DNA from: Neophaeotheca triangularis
Lineage: Eukaryota
Assembly (NCBI GenBank): GCA_054600435.1
Contig: BAAIJX010000014.1
Location: 186,001 to 250,000, forward strand
Direction: 5' to 3'
Length of the DNA stretch: 64,000 nt
Made by a program: the position numbers and the translations under genes. Numbering within the stretch: the first letter of the stretch is position 1; the number at the start of each line of letters is the position of its first letter. Shown here in pieces: positions 25,901-38,658 of this stretch. Under the pieces are notes generated by a model, which had not been told where the DNA came from, searched no databases, and saw only the letters and a program-made list of their open reading frames with translations.

Positions 25901-26138
25901 GTACATCCGCATGCTCGAGGACCCGGAGATCTCAGGCGACGTCCCCCCCTCGTGGACGACGGAAATTGAGAACAACATTTGGACGCGGAATGTGACGTTG
26001 GGGAACTTGAGCGAGGGAAGTCATACGCTTAGATGGAATGTCAACTCGCCCGAGGTCTATCTTGAGAAATTGGTGCTGTCGGCTCGTGGCGAGGTGCCCG
26101 ACAGTTATCTTGGACCACCTGAGTCCATGCTGTTGTAG
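22927..26138 (+). CDS. Secreted glycoside hydrolase family 115 (alpha-glucuronidase-like), 5 exons
   Basis: Signal peptide MFRLFLTFLGLL; GSDSRGATFG, PAVKYRGLFINDEAP, FDLLLRLKANFIWPAMW, STSHHEPMQR, TLGMRG, WVMNVGEIKPME, SYLGPPES. Introns are approximately 23403-23466, 24099-24152, 24305-24352 and 24418-24470. Confidence 0.9.
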
Positions 26139-27109
26139 TCGCGGAGGTGCGCTAACTGAGGCCTTGGAGCCTGTGGACTGGCCGCCGTATGGATGATAGA
26201 TCGTGTAGCTCACAAAACTCTTCATCGGCTGCGGCTTTCCCACGAGCCTCTTACTAGGTGCTGCAAGTTTACATTATTACATACAAAGCACACCCCCTGT
26301 CTAGCCAGTACGCCCAGACGTAAGTGGGATGACAGCTCACAAACACCCCCCCCATCTTTCCAAAGGGCCACTCGAAGATTCAAAGCCCGAGGAGTCCGAA
26401 GAAATCGCTGCTTCAACTCGCAAGCGTCCAGACTCACCATCATATGCCGCAGGAGACGCTTCCCCAGGAGACGCTTCCCGCGCTTCAACAGCACAAGAAA
26501 GGCCCAAGCAAACGAGCACGAAGCAGGAAGGGTCGTGCATCGGCGTGGAGGAAAAGCGCTGTTCCCTCTGCGACGAGCCGCTCATGTTGGTGTTTGGTGC
26601 CTTGCAGCGGCTAAGGAGCCGAACGGCGTAGGTGACATTTTCTCGATATGACGGGGTTCTTACCACGGTCGTGCGGCATTCGTTTGGGGAGCTCACGACT
26701 TCGCCGGATTGGGTAGTGTGCAGGATATCTGGCTTGGCAATGGCGATGTCGGGAGTATACAGGTAGTCTGGGGTGTCAAGGTGGTGTCTGGATTTTACGA
26801 TGGTCCTCTGCGGGTGCTGTGATGGATGCAATGTAGAGTCTTCACTTCGGCCAGGGATCTGTTTCTGTTACCTTTTCCTTTGGTCCTTGCGATTGGGAAG
26901 TGAGTGATGGGATAGGGTCATGCTTGTTTGGTAGCCATTTGGCCCAGAAGGATCGTCACGCGTGTGCAGACAAACAGGCCCTCAAGGTACATTGTGCAGA
27001 GACAACTATGCCACGCCTTATGCCCAGCCGGAGCATCGCTAGAACGCCTGACCGCCGGCCAACCACTGGAAAGCTCGTTGTAGTCCATCGAAACCTCCGA
27101 AATCACAGT

Positions 27110-30100
27110 CTACAAGTACAGCGACTGCGCGGCAACAATATCGCGCCGCACCTTCTCAAGCGAAGCATCAAACTTGCCCTGCAAATCCGTCGAACCCATG
27201 ACGACAGAGGCCTGCGCCATCTGGCGGAGCAATTCCTCCAAACGCCTGAAAAGACGAATCAAAGAGCCCTCGTAGACGTCGGTCATTTTGCTAGACGGAG
27301 ATGTTGGCACAATATCCAGAGATGAGAGAACTGATAAACGGGCAGAAGGACTTACCAGATAGTAGCGAAACTCGCGCCATGCGTCCAAGCGTACACGACT
27401 TCCATCAACTCCATCTTGAAACCCTGCACGTACTCCTCCTCGTTTACCAGGACCTTGCTCTCGGCACTGACCTTTGCGATCCGCCTCGCTTCGGCCTGGA
27501 TGCCGCGGTAAGGTTTGGAGAGTTCGTCCTTCAGCGCGGGAGCCTCGGAACTCTTCTCCTCGAAGATGAAACAGCTCAGGACCGCCGCACACTGCTCGGG
27601 AGTCAAGTCATTGAAGAAGCCGTTGAACAGCAATTCCGACAGCACCAGCTCGTCTCCCGTGCTGATCTCGCAAGCAACACGAGCTTTGAGCTGCACCACG
27701 TCGGCCTCGTTGACGAAACCCAACCGGCGCAACACGCGCTTGCGGTTCTTGAGCTCGTCCAGCTGGAGCACCGAAAGCGCCTCTTGGATTTTCTTGCGGA
27801 TTGCTTTGATCTCTGTTCCCATTTCGACTTTCGCAGCGTACTGCTCGTAGAGCTCGGGCATGCGCTCGGAGCGATGCAGCGGGTTCTCCATGAGCTTGTG
27901 CTCCATGAGTTCGATGCGACGCAGCAGTTTCTTGAAAGCGTCATCCGTGATGCCCATGTTCTCAATAGGGTCAAGGATGGCGATGCCATCGGGGAAACGC
28001 TTGCTGACTTCTTCAAGCGACTTGCGCACGCCATTGCGCTGTTCTTGCATGCGCAAGTCTTGCGGCAGGAAAATGCGCAAGTGCCCGATCATGTCAATGG
28101 TCCCGTTCATGACCGGGACGACTTCCATTTTGCCCTTTTCGCCGGGTGGCGCGGGGCGCATGTTGTCCGGGAGGTCTTCCGTGATCTTGGAGCCTGCGGC
28201 CGGTGGGGTGACTTCGCTGGCGACATTCATGATTACGTCGACGATGACGGACTTCTCTGGGAGAATGTCTTCTTCTTTTTGGTTCTTTGTTGGACGGACA
28301 CGTTGGAAGTTGACGACGGCGCCCCAGCCAAAGTCGTGTCCCTTATGCTTGACACGCACGAGGCGGCCAGATTGCAGGAACCGGAGGAGGTACTGTGGGT
28401 GGTTGACTACTTTCTTCATGTCGTTGGCGTATGTGTCGAGTTTCTGTCGTAGATCGTAGTACTCGGCGATGTCCCTTTCTTGATCGATGATGGTGTTGAC
28501 TTTCTTCTGTTCGAGTTCGACGAGTTGCTTCTCAAGGCCAGACACCGAAGCGGCGTTCTGGAACTGGAAGAAGCAGCGCTCGAGCATGTACTCGGGACTG
28601 ATACCTTCTACTCTCATGAGGTTCAAAATCATGTTGTAGCCAAGGTAAAACGCGGAGTTAAGCTTGTCTTGTTCACCTCTGACGATGCCTTTTGCGACAG
28701 CAGGCTCCATCTTCTCATCAATCATCATGATAACAATCCCACGCTCGTCCAGACCACGACGACCTGCGCGACCAGACATCTGGATGAACTCACTTGGTGT
28801 GACCCAACGTTGCCCTTGACCGTCAAACTTGCGTACAGAGGTGAAAACGACCGTCTTGGCAGGCATGTTGAGACCGATTGAGAATGTTTCTGTTGCGAAG
28901 AGGACCTTGATCAACCCCTCTTGGAAGAGAATCTCGATGGTTTCCTTCAGAATCGGAAGAAGTCCAGAGTGATGGATTCCGATGCCGCGGCGCAGCAGAG
29001 GGAGAATGTGTTGGATTTGAGGGAGCTCCTTGTCGTCGTCTGACAGCATCTCAATGGCGGAGCTGAAGACCTTGCTCACCATCGCCTTTTCGGACTCGTC
29101 GTTGAAAGCCAGCTGGCTCATCTGCAGCGCGTAGTTCTCACAATCGCGCTTGGAGAACGAAAAGACAATGACGGGGTTGTAGTTCTTCATCATGATCATC
29201 TTGATGATCTTGTAGATGTCGGTGGGTCCGTCCTTCTTCCCGCCCTTATTGACCTTCTTGTCTTTGCCTTTACCCTTTCGCTTCGCCATCGGATCTTGAC
29301 CATCATCACCTGCCTTGTCCGCGATCGAGGCCATTGCTTTGTTGAAGTTCTCTTCTCGAAAGACACCCTTCTCGTCGACCACCAAGTGGATACCATCTGC
29401 ACCGGCAGGGAAGAAGTAGTGTTGGAGAGGTGTAGGTCGGAAGTCGGTGTAAACAACGTGACAAGGCTGGTTGTGCGTCTTGGTGATCCATTCCGCGAAC
29501 TGCATGGCGTTGGGTATCGTGGCCGAAAGAAAAACGTAGCGGACCTTGTCGGGTAGCAGAATGATCGTCTCTTCCCACACCACACCCCTAGATTTGTCGC
29601 GCATATAGTGTACCTCGTCGAAGACCACCCATGCTACTTCTCGCATGATCTCCGAACCTCTGTACAGCATGGACCGCAAAATCTCCGTAGTCATGACCAG
29701 ACATGTCGCAGTCGGGTTGATCGTGACATCGCCAGTCATCAATCCAACGTCTCCAAACTCTGCTGTGAACTCTCGGTATTTTTGGTTGCTCAGTGCCTTG
29801 ATGGGACTAGTGTAGATGACTCTCTGATTGTTCTTCAAACACTGCGCAATGGCATACTCTGCGACTACCGTTTTACCCGCACTTGTATGCGCAGAGACCA
29901 ACACACTCTCGTTCCTCTGGATCGAGCATATCGAGACGTCCTGGAAGGGATCGAGGGTGAAAGGCCACTCCTTCGCAGGCTGTTCAGGGCGCTTGTGCTT
30001 CGATATGGGTACGTAGTCGTAGTCCGGTGGCAGGGAAACTTGATGGCGAACTTGGTGCGACAGTACTACTGCATTCGGGTCCTTTTGTGCCTGTAGACCG

Positions 30101-30420
30101 GCGGAGGCTGCAATCTCACGCGATTGCTCCGTTTCAAAGTCATCGGTTACAAGAGGTTGCGGCTCGTCGTCTCTTCGCTGACGTTTGTAGCTTTGGCCAT
30201 CCACGTCGTCTTGCGACACGTCGTTTGCTGCCTCCTTGCTGTCCTCTGCGCTTCCCTCCTCGCCGTCGCCAGCCTCAGACATGTGGGTGTCGCCATCCTG
30301 CTGCTTCGCTTTGGGTTCACCGTTTGCCTGGCGCTTCTTACTCTTCTTGTCCTTTTTGTTGCTGTCGTTGCTCTTCTTGGGCTTTGCGTCCTCGAAGACG
30401 TCGAAGAGTGCGTCGGCCAT
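27110..30420 (-). CDS. MTR4: Ski2-like DExH RNA helicase Mtr4/Dob1 (FRH), 2 exons
   Basis: [46 protein letters not shown], arch/KOW insert, and C-terminal [11 protein letters not shown]. Intron 27355-27291 gives [16 protein letters not shown]. The likely start is MADALFDVF at 30420. Confidence 0.95.
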
Positions 30421-31115
30421 GGTGGTTGCGGTTGCGCAGTGTGCTGCGCGACTGTCTTGAAATTGTAAAGCCAAAAAGTTCGAGATGTCGGGTCTTGGGT
30501 AGAGAGAGAAGCTTTGACAATCGGGGAAACATGGAAATCCGAGTCCGAATCCGATCGCAACCATGGGCACCTCACGTGTAACCTTCACTTGGGGGATATC
30601 AACATATCACATCTCTCGCTTTTCAACCTCAGTATTGCAAGACCCTCTTGCGCGGCTCTGGGGAGATTGCGGAAAGAACTTACATAGCAACGAAGCCCGA
30701 TTAAAGCACTCAGTATGTTCAAAGATTGAACCTTGCGAGCATGGGGCTGGTTTTGCCTTCCTGCATCTTCGACGGCACTATGTACCTAGGTAGGCTGTAG
30801 GACATGGTATCTTCAAACCCAACCCCAACCCAGATCAAATCTTCCCATGCTGGTCTCACTATGGTGACGGACGTGGGGACCAGGCTAGCTTTGTCCTGTC
30901 ATGGAAGATGCAACGTTGAGATAGTGCTCTACCTACAACTACAGCCGTCTCGGCAAGTGGAATGAAGAGCAAACATAGACCCGACGGCTCTCTACAGGTC
31001 TTTTTTCGTCTCTTCGCTCATAACGGAGGGAGACTCACCTTCACGAATGAACGGGCTCTTCCAGTACTCCCACTTTCAAAACTACTTTCTATACAAACAG
31101 CCGCGATCGAACAAC

Positions 31116-31298
31116 ATGCACTGGGGAACCCTGCTTAGCCTCGTCCTCGCCGTCACCCTCGTTTGCGTTCTTCTAGCTCTCTTGATCGCCTTGCTGTGGA
31201 AGCGTCTGCGCTCGCCCCAAGAAGAGGGGTATCACAGGTATCTTTTCACTTTGCTCGCGTCCGAGGAGAAGCAGAGTTCGGTTGAAGAGCGAATCTAA
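31116..31298 (+). CDS. Possible small single-pass membrane protein
   Basis: MHWGTLLSLVLAVTLVCVLLALLIALLWKRLR is a clean TM helix followed by basic residues. No recognised family, and the gene structure is uncertain. Confidence 0.3.
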   Translation: MHWGTLLSLVLAVTLVCVLLALLIALLWKRLRSPQEEGYHRYLFTLLASEEKQSSVEERI

Positions 31299-31590
31299 AG
31301 GAAACGACGTTGGAGGCGAAGATAAGATCAACAACTTGGAAACGGAAGCTTGCATTCGGAGACAAACTCTATCGAGGGGACTTCTTCCGGTAATTTCCAG
31401 ACACTAAGACGCCTACACAACGTCAACAGGAACCAACCGAACGGCATTGCATGCTTTGAAATCTCTCCGCATCCTTCACAAGTGGTTAAGTCCTCTCACT
31501 GGGAGTATGGCCAAAAAAGACCACATCAATTCACTCGCTGTCTTTAGCCCTTCCTCGCCGGTGCTTCCGCCAACGATGCCCAGTCGACCC

Positions 31591-32601
31591 CTACCAGCGC
31601 GTACTCCACATGCTGCTATGGGACTGATACTGGAGCACCTCCGACTTCGACCCAGCAGACGGGTCACTCATCTCATCAAAGCGACTCGCCGATCCCATCT
31701 GTCCTACCAAAAGCGCAGTACTGCCATTCGCAATCCCACCAGACCGATCTCCATCGTCTCTCGCCGCCCAAATACCCCCAACAACATCCACCAAGCCTCT
31801 GATACTCTCCTTTAGCGAATGCAACAGTGTATCGAAAACCTCCTCATCCACCCACTCTTCGTCCTGATCCTTGAGCCTAAGACGAGACATTCCCGCCGCA
31901 CGCTTGATAGCCTCCGACCTGGCCGGCGACGCCTGTTTCATCACCAAGCCCTCCTCATCATCGTCAAAATCACTCCCCACCACCGGCTGCCTGACGCGAA
32001 ACCAAGCGACACCTTTGGCATCCACTCTTTCGACTTCAGCAGCCTGGTAATCCGCCCATTTCTGCATCACTTCAGCAGCCTTGATACAGGTCCCGCAATT
32101 GCACTCGCTCACACTTTCGCAATCGCCTTCACTCTCCTCACTCTCCTCTCTGACCTCCCCTTCATTCTCCCCCTCTTCACATCGATTTCCTTTCCAATCC
32201 CCAAAATCCAAAGCCCCACACCAAGCCTCCGCAGCCATCACAACATCATCACCGCCCCATCCAGCCCACTCTTCAGACGAAGCTGACGACGAATCCAACG
32301 ACGAAGGAGAAGCCGGAAACTCGGCCGTGGCCTCCTTCTCAACCTCATTCACCCTCTCAACTTCATCCCCCTCGACAAAAACCGGAGCCTCTCGCCAACG
32401 AGTGTGCTTCACAGCTCTGTAAAACATTCTCTGAAACCCTTTGGCTGTCGTGACACGTCTCTCGGCGGTGGAAGAACGGGGTTTGAAGGTGGGAACGGGG
32501 GCGGTGATTGGGGCTGATCGAGTGTCGAAGGCGTTGTTGAAAGCTGGGAGGTGCAGGGAGGAGGTTGAGGCGATCGCTGAGAGCAAGGTAGGGGTGGCCA
32601 T
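31591..32601 (-). CDS. Hypothetical acidic / low-complexity protein
   Basis: Long (433-codon) stop-free frame; the likely start is MATPTLL at 32601. Contains CESVSECNCGTC and acidic tracts, and shows the same codon skew as real genes in the window. Confidence 0.55.
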   Translation of the reverse strand: MATPTLLSAIASTSSLHLPAFNNAFDTRSAPITAPVPTFKPRSSTAERRVTTAKGFQRMFYRAVKHTRWREAPVFVEGDEVERVNEVEKEATAEFPASPSSLDSSSASSEEWAGWGGDDVVMAAEAWCGALDFGDWKGNRCEEGENEGEVREESEESEGDCESVSECNCGTCIKAAEVMQKWADYQAAEVERVDAKGVAWFRVRQPVVGSDFDDDEEGLVMKQASPARSEAIKRAAGMSRLRLKDQDEEWVDEEVFDTLLHSLKESIRGLVDVVGGIWAARDDGDRSGGIANGSTALLVGQMGSASRFDEMSDPSAGSKSEVLQYQSHSSMWSTRW

Positions 32602-33462
32602 TTTTTTGGATTCGGTGGGTTCGCGGTGAGGGAGTGATATCGTGGTGGCTTTAGCGGGATGGGGGATGGGGTGGTGAGGTGGGCTTGGTTGGGTCGTGAT
32701 TTTGGTGGTGGGCGGGCTTGAACGCGGTTGGTTCGCCGGGAAGAAAAGAATGGGCTGTTTTAAAATGTGTCTTGAGCTGTCGCTGGCGATATGCTGAGTC
32801 TTCGAAGGCGATCTCTTTAATCTGGCTGCACTGACTTTGCAAAATACTATGAGCGCAGTGGCGAGGGCGAGACGGTTAAACGTGGTATGCATCGCTTCTA
32901 CGCCAGGGCTTGCTTGTACTTTAGTACCTTGATCAAATGTGAGGACATTTCGAGGGCGTTTGCGCTAGACTGGTCTTAGAATTGAGGTCATTTGAATAGC
33001 TATTAGACTCTGGTCCAGGTGTTTCTATGTAGTTTTGCGCAGCTGATAAGCAAGATTCGCTCTTCGGCGGAATTCTCAACACTCGATCGCAGCAACACTG
33101 TTGTTGAGGCTGCGGATCCAAGAAGGTTGCTGTTTTCAATTGCTCCCATTGCGGATCATTGAGTAGGCTCTTCTCGCCCGGGAGTACTACTCAACTTTCT
33201 GTTTACATGCGTTAGCTTAGCAGCGCAGCAAAAAATAAGGTGAGGACATTGGGCTTACAGCTTTCTGCAGCATCGGCGCTTGGAGCCTCCCCACGCTTCC
33301 GTACCCTCGCTCTGCTACTTTTCGATCATTCGATGCAACTCGAGTAGCGCACAGCAAATATGGTCTCTCGACGATATCCACCGAGAAGCTTTGCGCATTA
33401 TCCAACCGGGCCGCAGACGTTCACTAGCACAACTTAGATTTCTGCACACATCAGCAGCACAA

Positions 33463-34290
33463 TCACCCCTCCTCGTCCGAGCTATGCCCACTTCTCTTCC
33501 TCTTCGCCTGCCCCTGCCCCTTGACCTTGCCATCTCCACCCCCGCCCCCCAACGCAACCTCCCCCTTAACGCCAAAAACAAAACTCCGCGCCTCCCTCTC
33601 CTCCCCTCTCCACGCACCCCCAGCACCCTCCACATTCCCCAAAGTCCTCGCATGCCTATAAGCCGGATAAGCGTCCCTCGACCACCTAAAACTCCTCCTC
33701 ACCTCTAAGCCACAATGGCGAGCCAAATCCCTCACATTCCAGAGAGTGTACGGCTCACCTTCAAAAAGCGTAACCACGATAGCGCCATCGGGTACTTTCA
33801 GCAGAGCCTTCGCGGCCGAGAAGAAGCCCACCAGTAATTCCTGGTTGAAGCGCACTTGCCGATTGACGTCTTTGCTCTTGCCGCCGACGTGGGGGAAATT
33901 GAAGAGGATGCGGTCGAAGAGCTCGCCACGCTTGGTGAGGGGCTTGCTCTTGTCGAGTTTGGTCGCGTCGATGCCGTGGAGGAGGGTGGCGCCTTCGGAG
34001 GAGAGGTAGGAGAGGTTTTCGTCAGCTTGGGGGGAGTACTTTGTTAGGAGGGTGGGGTGATCGTCGTAGGTGGTCGCGGTGAGATCGGCGCAGCCGTGGT
34101 CGGTGATTAGGGAGCGTGCGAAGGAGAGGTCACCTTCGCCTACTAGGAGGATGCGGTCGTTGGGGTCAAAGGGGATGATGGGCTCGGGAGGCTTTTTGGC
34201 GGTGGTGGTCGATGGGGTGGGTTTGGCTGGTTTGGGTTGCGCTTTGGGTTGGGCTGAGGGCGGAAGCTTGCGCCTTTTGTTCTTGGTCAT
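33463..34290 (-). CDS. BMT5: 25S rRNA (uridine-N3) methyltransferase Bmt5 (DUF2431)
   Basis: RILLVGEGDLSFA, GIDATKL, FDRILFNFPHVGGKSKDVNRQVRFNQELL, TLFEGEPYTLWNVRDLAR, YPAYRHARTLG. Confidence 0.9.
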   Translation of the reverse strand: MTKNKRRKLPPSAQPKAQPKPAKPTPSTTTAKKPPEPIIPFDPNDRILLVGEGDLSFARSLITDHGCADLTATTYDDHPTLLTKYSPQADENLSYLSSEGATLLHGIDATKLDKSKPLTKRGELFDRILFNFPHVGGKSKDVNRQVRFNQELLVGFFSAAKALLKVPDGAIVVTLFEGEPYTLWNVRDLARHCGLEVRRSFRWSRDAYPAYRHARTLGNVEGAGGAWRGEEREARSFVFGVKGEVALGGGGGDGKVKGQGQAKRKRSGHSSDEEG

Positions 34291-34767
34291 GTTGAATAAG
34301 CGGCTTTATCTTCGCGCTGTCAGCGAAGCAGCGTCGAATGCGCTCTTCTCAAGGCAGGCCACCTAGGTAGCTTTTCTTTCGCAAAGGGCTGGACTGACGT
34401 GCAAAGGTGCACTTAATTGTGGCTGAGATTCCCGCTCTGGGGTGCATGGCGCCAGCAACGCAACGGCCCGTGGAGGCCCGCACACGTGGGCATCAAATCC
34501 AGATCTACCTCCAGGTACCTAGATCTCATCCGCGATTCACTTCACCCCACCCACCTCACACATGGCACTGGGTGAAGACAGAGAATTCAGTGCAACGATG
34601 AAGGAGAAATCCCTTGAATACCCTGCTATCCACGTGTACTCGCATTGGAGCAATCTGCAAACTGATGTCGGCTCCGTCGTCATTGCAACGTCTCTCTCGT
34701 CGCCATTTCCCCTTGACTAGAATACCCTATCTTGCAACCTGATCGCCTCTTTCACAACTCAGGCTTC

Positions 34768-35596
34768 TCATAGTGCCTGTAACTCGGTACTAATCGAGGC
34801 GGTCCCACTTATCGGGGCTTCTAAAAAAACACTTCTCCGCAAGTCGTACAAAGGAAGGCCAAGCTCGACCAAGAAATCCTCGAGAGACGGTGCGTCTTTC
34901 CCGTCCAAATCCGTGGCGTCGAGAGCGTTCTGAACGATCCTCCTGAGGGCGACCGCAGTGGGCATCTCGCGAAGCCCATTGGGGCCAACTTCAGCCGCCT
35001 TTCCCTCAGGGCCGTTCATGTAAACAACTTCCACGGTCTTTTTGACAAAGTTGATGGAGACTTCATGTTCGCGGCGATGGTAGACTGGCGAAACGGTGTT
35101 GAAGGTGAAAGTGACGTCGCCGAGATGTTTGAGTATTTTTCTGTTGAGGGAGATGCCTTCCAAAAGCTCCCCGAGTTGATAAGAACATATCCATGGCCTT
35201 TCATACCCAGATCCGTCTCTGGTAGGCATGACCACGAACTCGCCCATGTAGATCTTGGTGTTGTAGTAGTAGATGCCCGACATCTCTTTCCTGATCTGAG
35301 TGCAGGTCTGCATGAGGGGCGGAATATTGATCTCGGGGCCCACTTCCGAATCCGAGTACGGGGCGTCCAGGGGACGTGCGTGGTTGCGATAGTACACCGG
35401 GGCATGGGAGGAAATGACGAATTCGTAGATGCGATTGCGTAGTTCCGGGATCAGGTCGAGGAATGGAAAGGTGAGTGCGTTGGGGTTGTCGACTGGACCA
35501 ATGGTTAGTGAGGCTCTCTCGCAACATCTGGTTCGCCAACTTGCTCGCTACTATTAGAGAGCTCGTAGGCACCTCCGCAGTCGCCGAGCAAGGCAT
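34768..35596 (-). CDS. Lineage-specific protein with F-box-like N-terminal motif (FLDLIPELRNRIY)
   Basis: The frame upstream of the 209-aa ORF reads FPFLDLIPELRNRIYEFVI, later PPLMQTCTQIRKE...YY. It joins MPCSATAE.. via a probable GC-AG intron at 35544-35493. The start is uncertain. Confidence 0.6.
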
Positions 35597-36963
35597 GTCG
35601 TTGTCGTTGACTAAGCTTGAGATTAGCGAGGCGCGGAAAGTGGTATCTTGAGCTTCGACTTGCTCATTGTGGTTTGAGGGGCCGGATGCTGGGTGCCGGC
35701 GTTGTTGGTGGACATAGCATGGGTTGACGGTGAAGGAAATTGTAAGGTGTAAATTGTTTGACGTTCCAAGTGCAGGTGAGCCGCTGGCTTAATGATATCA
35801 ACGAAGGCGCAAGACAAGCTTCTACGTGATGCTCACTTGCTAGGTAATGAAGGGAGGTCCAAACACAAGCCTCGGTGCGTAGAGTGTGGTAGTGAAGGAT
35901 ACAGAGGCGCAGACTTGGTGAACGGCGACCCCGTCAATAAAGGCCGACGCCGTAGCCCAACCAAAGAAGTTCGGTATCTCACTTGTCCGTTCAATGGGTG
36001 GGTAGAAAAGTGCTCACTCGAATGTGAGAAGTGAAGTGAAAGACGCTCAGTTAGCTAATAGGCGACTTTCAAGAAAAGAAGGGAGGCACGAAAGCGCGAA
36101 AATGTAAGCAAGCTCGTAGCGACCTCCTAGGCAATCCTTGGCACAATATGCAGCAAAGACCTCACCAAATACACATCAAATAAATGATGATACCTCGTGA
36201 AATCCAGCAAAAGAAACTCTCCGCATGCGGAGACAAAGAAACCACTTAGACAACCGCACCTCGTAGAGGCTGGTTTGCTTTTTAATTTTTTCGCGGTCCT
36301 AGAATTAGCGCCCTTGGGCGGTCAGCAGGAGGGGGAATCGAACTAGTAGAGGGGGGAGGAATCTGAGTTGAAGAACAAACCGTTACGCCTAATGCCCGTG
36401 GGCAAGGAGCTTGGGCTGCGAATTGTATTTGTAGTTTTGAGGCATAGTGTATGCGCTGGATGGGGGTGAGAGGGCTGATTTTGCGACTGGAGGGTGTGGT
36501 ATGGATGCGATTGATGCGCGGCCAAGGGGGATCGTCTGCATTCGGTTTGTTGATATACTTGGATCTTCGATGCGCACACGCGAGTCGGGGCCGCTATTCT
36601 TGATTCTCGTGACACTGGTATGGTCTGCGAAATTCCTTTCTTCTGGACTTTATCTGTACCCTCCAAGCTCCGGCGTTTTTCAACAGAGTAAGCGTGTGTA
36701 AACAAACGAACCTCGGTGGCTGCTAGTGGACGTTCTTCAATGGGATCTCTGCAAGCGCATCGCTTCAGAGCCGGCGGCCTAGTCATTAAAGCGTCAGCGT
36801 ATATTCGAACCCTTCGTTGCAAGAAGTACTGACTGTTGCTTTGATTTTATGCCTTTTATGCCATATAGGCGCACTCGCATCACGTACCAAGGCGATGGCC
36901 AGCTCGCATTCATCGAACCGCACGCTGCAAGAGCGACACTTCGTCTATGAACTAACAATTGAA

Positions 36964-38109
36964 CTAAAGATCCGCCAGAACCGCTTTCGCGGCCTGCGAC
37001 GGCGCAGGAGCAACATGCATATTCCCCAAGACAGCATCCACATACTGCTCAGCATCCCTACTTACCCTACCCACATCGACCCTCCTAAGCGCCTGCCTCT
37101 GCGCTTCAACAACCTCCCCCTCCTCCATAACATCTTTCATGACCTCTCCCTCTTTGACCCAATACGCCTCCGTCTTACTCCTTAACCCCCTATCCCTCCT
37201 GCAAGCATTACTCACCACCCCCAACCCCCTCGCCTTCCCCGCAACCCCCTCAAGCATCTTGACATGATCTAGCAAAACCTCGGCAGGCTGCGGCGGGCTG
37301 AGGAAGGCCCTGCCCGTAGCTTGCAACCAAATAACCCACCCCAACAAGCCATCGACACCCGCAATTAGCAGTCCGCGATAAACCTGCAATTTCCAGTAAA
37401 TCCAATCCACCTCACTCAACCTCGTCGAACGCGCATTATGCGTGTGATCATACTGGCCCACGACAAAAAGCTCAGCAGCCGCCAACACCAGGCCGGCAAT
37501 AATCGCAGCCGTCCGCCAGCGCGCTCCCTCCTTGCCAGCCAGAACTCCCGATGTCGCTACGCCCAGCGCAAACAGGTGCAGAAGGTGCGGCGCCAGCAGC
37601 GAAGGCACAGCGTAGAAGAGGTAAGTCGTCGCGGCGTCCATGTCGCCCGGGTTCGCAAACGGGCAATCCGCGAGAATGTCGGGACCGTACTGCGCGTACA
37701 GCAACCGCGCGTCTAGACCGCCGGCTTCCAGCACCGTGCGCAGGCGATCGTCATGGTCTGTCGGGGTTCTGATACTTTTTAGCCGGGTGATAAGAACGCT
37801 CGTCTGGGTTTGAATTCGGCTTTGGGTATCTTTGAAGATGTTGGTAGGGGCGAAGAGGGGGAGGGTGGAGAGGAAGGCAAGGCTGCCCGAGATGAAGAGG
37901 ATGCCGAGGGCGTAGGAGGTGTGAGTGGGAAGGGTTTGAGGTTTGGCCGAGGGCCCTGCGCGTAGGGAGCGGTAGGTGCTGAGGAGACGAGGGAGGAGGA
38001 CGGGGCCGAAGAAGATGAGGATTGATTGGATGCTGAGGTCAGAATGTTAGTGTTGGCTGGTTGTGGCAGTCTCGTAGTGGGGCACGCCGTACGTTTGCCA
38101 GGATATCAT
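36964..38109 (-). CDS. Conserved fungal membrane protein of unknown function, 2 exons
   Basis: Spliced MISWQTIQSILIFFGPVLLPRLL...; RLLYAQYGPDILADCPF, DGLLGWVIWLQATGR, YWVKEGEVM. Intron 38092-38033 (GTACGG..CTAAC..CAG). Confidence 0.8.
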
Positions 38110-38658
38110 CTTCGAGGAAATACAAAGTGGTTATGTGCACACGATGTCTGGGGTGGAAAGGCGGAAGCTTGGAGCCATGTAATCGAAGGAACAATGGGTA
38201 TGGAAGCTATGTACCTAGGGAGGGACATGCCAGGTGTCGTGCAGCAGCGTCGATGGGTGAGTGAACCCCCACTTTGTTCCCCATGGAATTGAAGCTGGCA
38301 GGTGACTTCACCGACACATCTTCTCGGATATACGTAGTCATCCAATTGTCAACAAGAATGGCACTGATGTGCTGACCGAAGACTTCACAATCAATTCTCG
38401 CAATATTAAGGCATCAGATCGAGCGAGCATCGCCTCAAAACACCACGAGTCTACTCCTACTACACTTTTCTCGTTTTGCATACCGCGCTCACTTCATAGT
38501 GCTCGGTATTCTGGCGCTACAACCACCCCCATGATCACTCGGAAGGCAGCTTGCCCTTCCCTCTAGGTGAGTAGATTGGTGGACTTCCCGCAGCGTTCTC
38601 GCTTCAATAATTCCCCATCCAGCCGCAAGATAGTCGAAGCCCTCAGTCTTCGCTACCT

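Noticed and set aside
26329..26831. Overlapping ORFs with a 15-bp tandem repeat (AGGAGACGCTTCCCC, about 26450-26479) and CSLC...HSFG, like a RING relic
   Set aside because: The ligand set is incomplete, there are in-frame stops and the strand is ambiguous; not supportable as a gene.
27301..28452. 383-aa + strand ORF
   Set aside because: Antisense shadow of MTR4 caused by codon bias. The same applies to other long antisense ORFs, for example 14208-14996, 5132-5752 and 61166-61876.
36964..38109. Calling this gene a chorismate synthase, a label I recall on similar fungal proteins
   Set aside because: No chorismate synthase motifs are visible and it is a multi-TM protein; left as unknown function.
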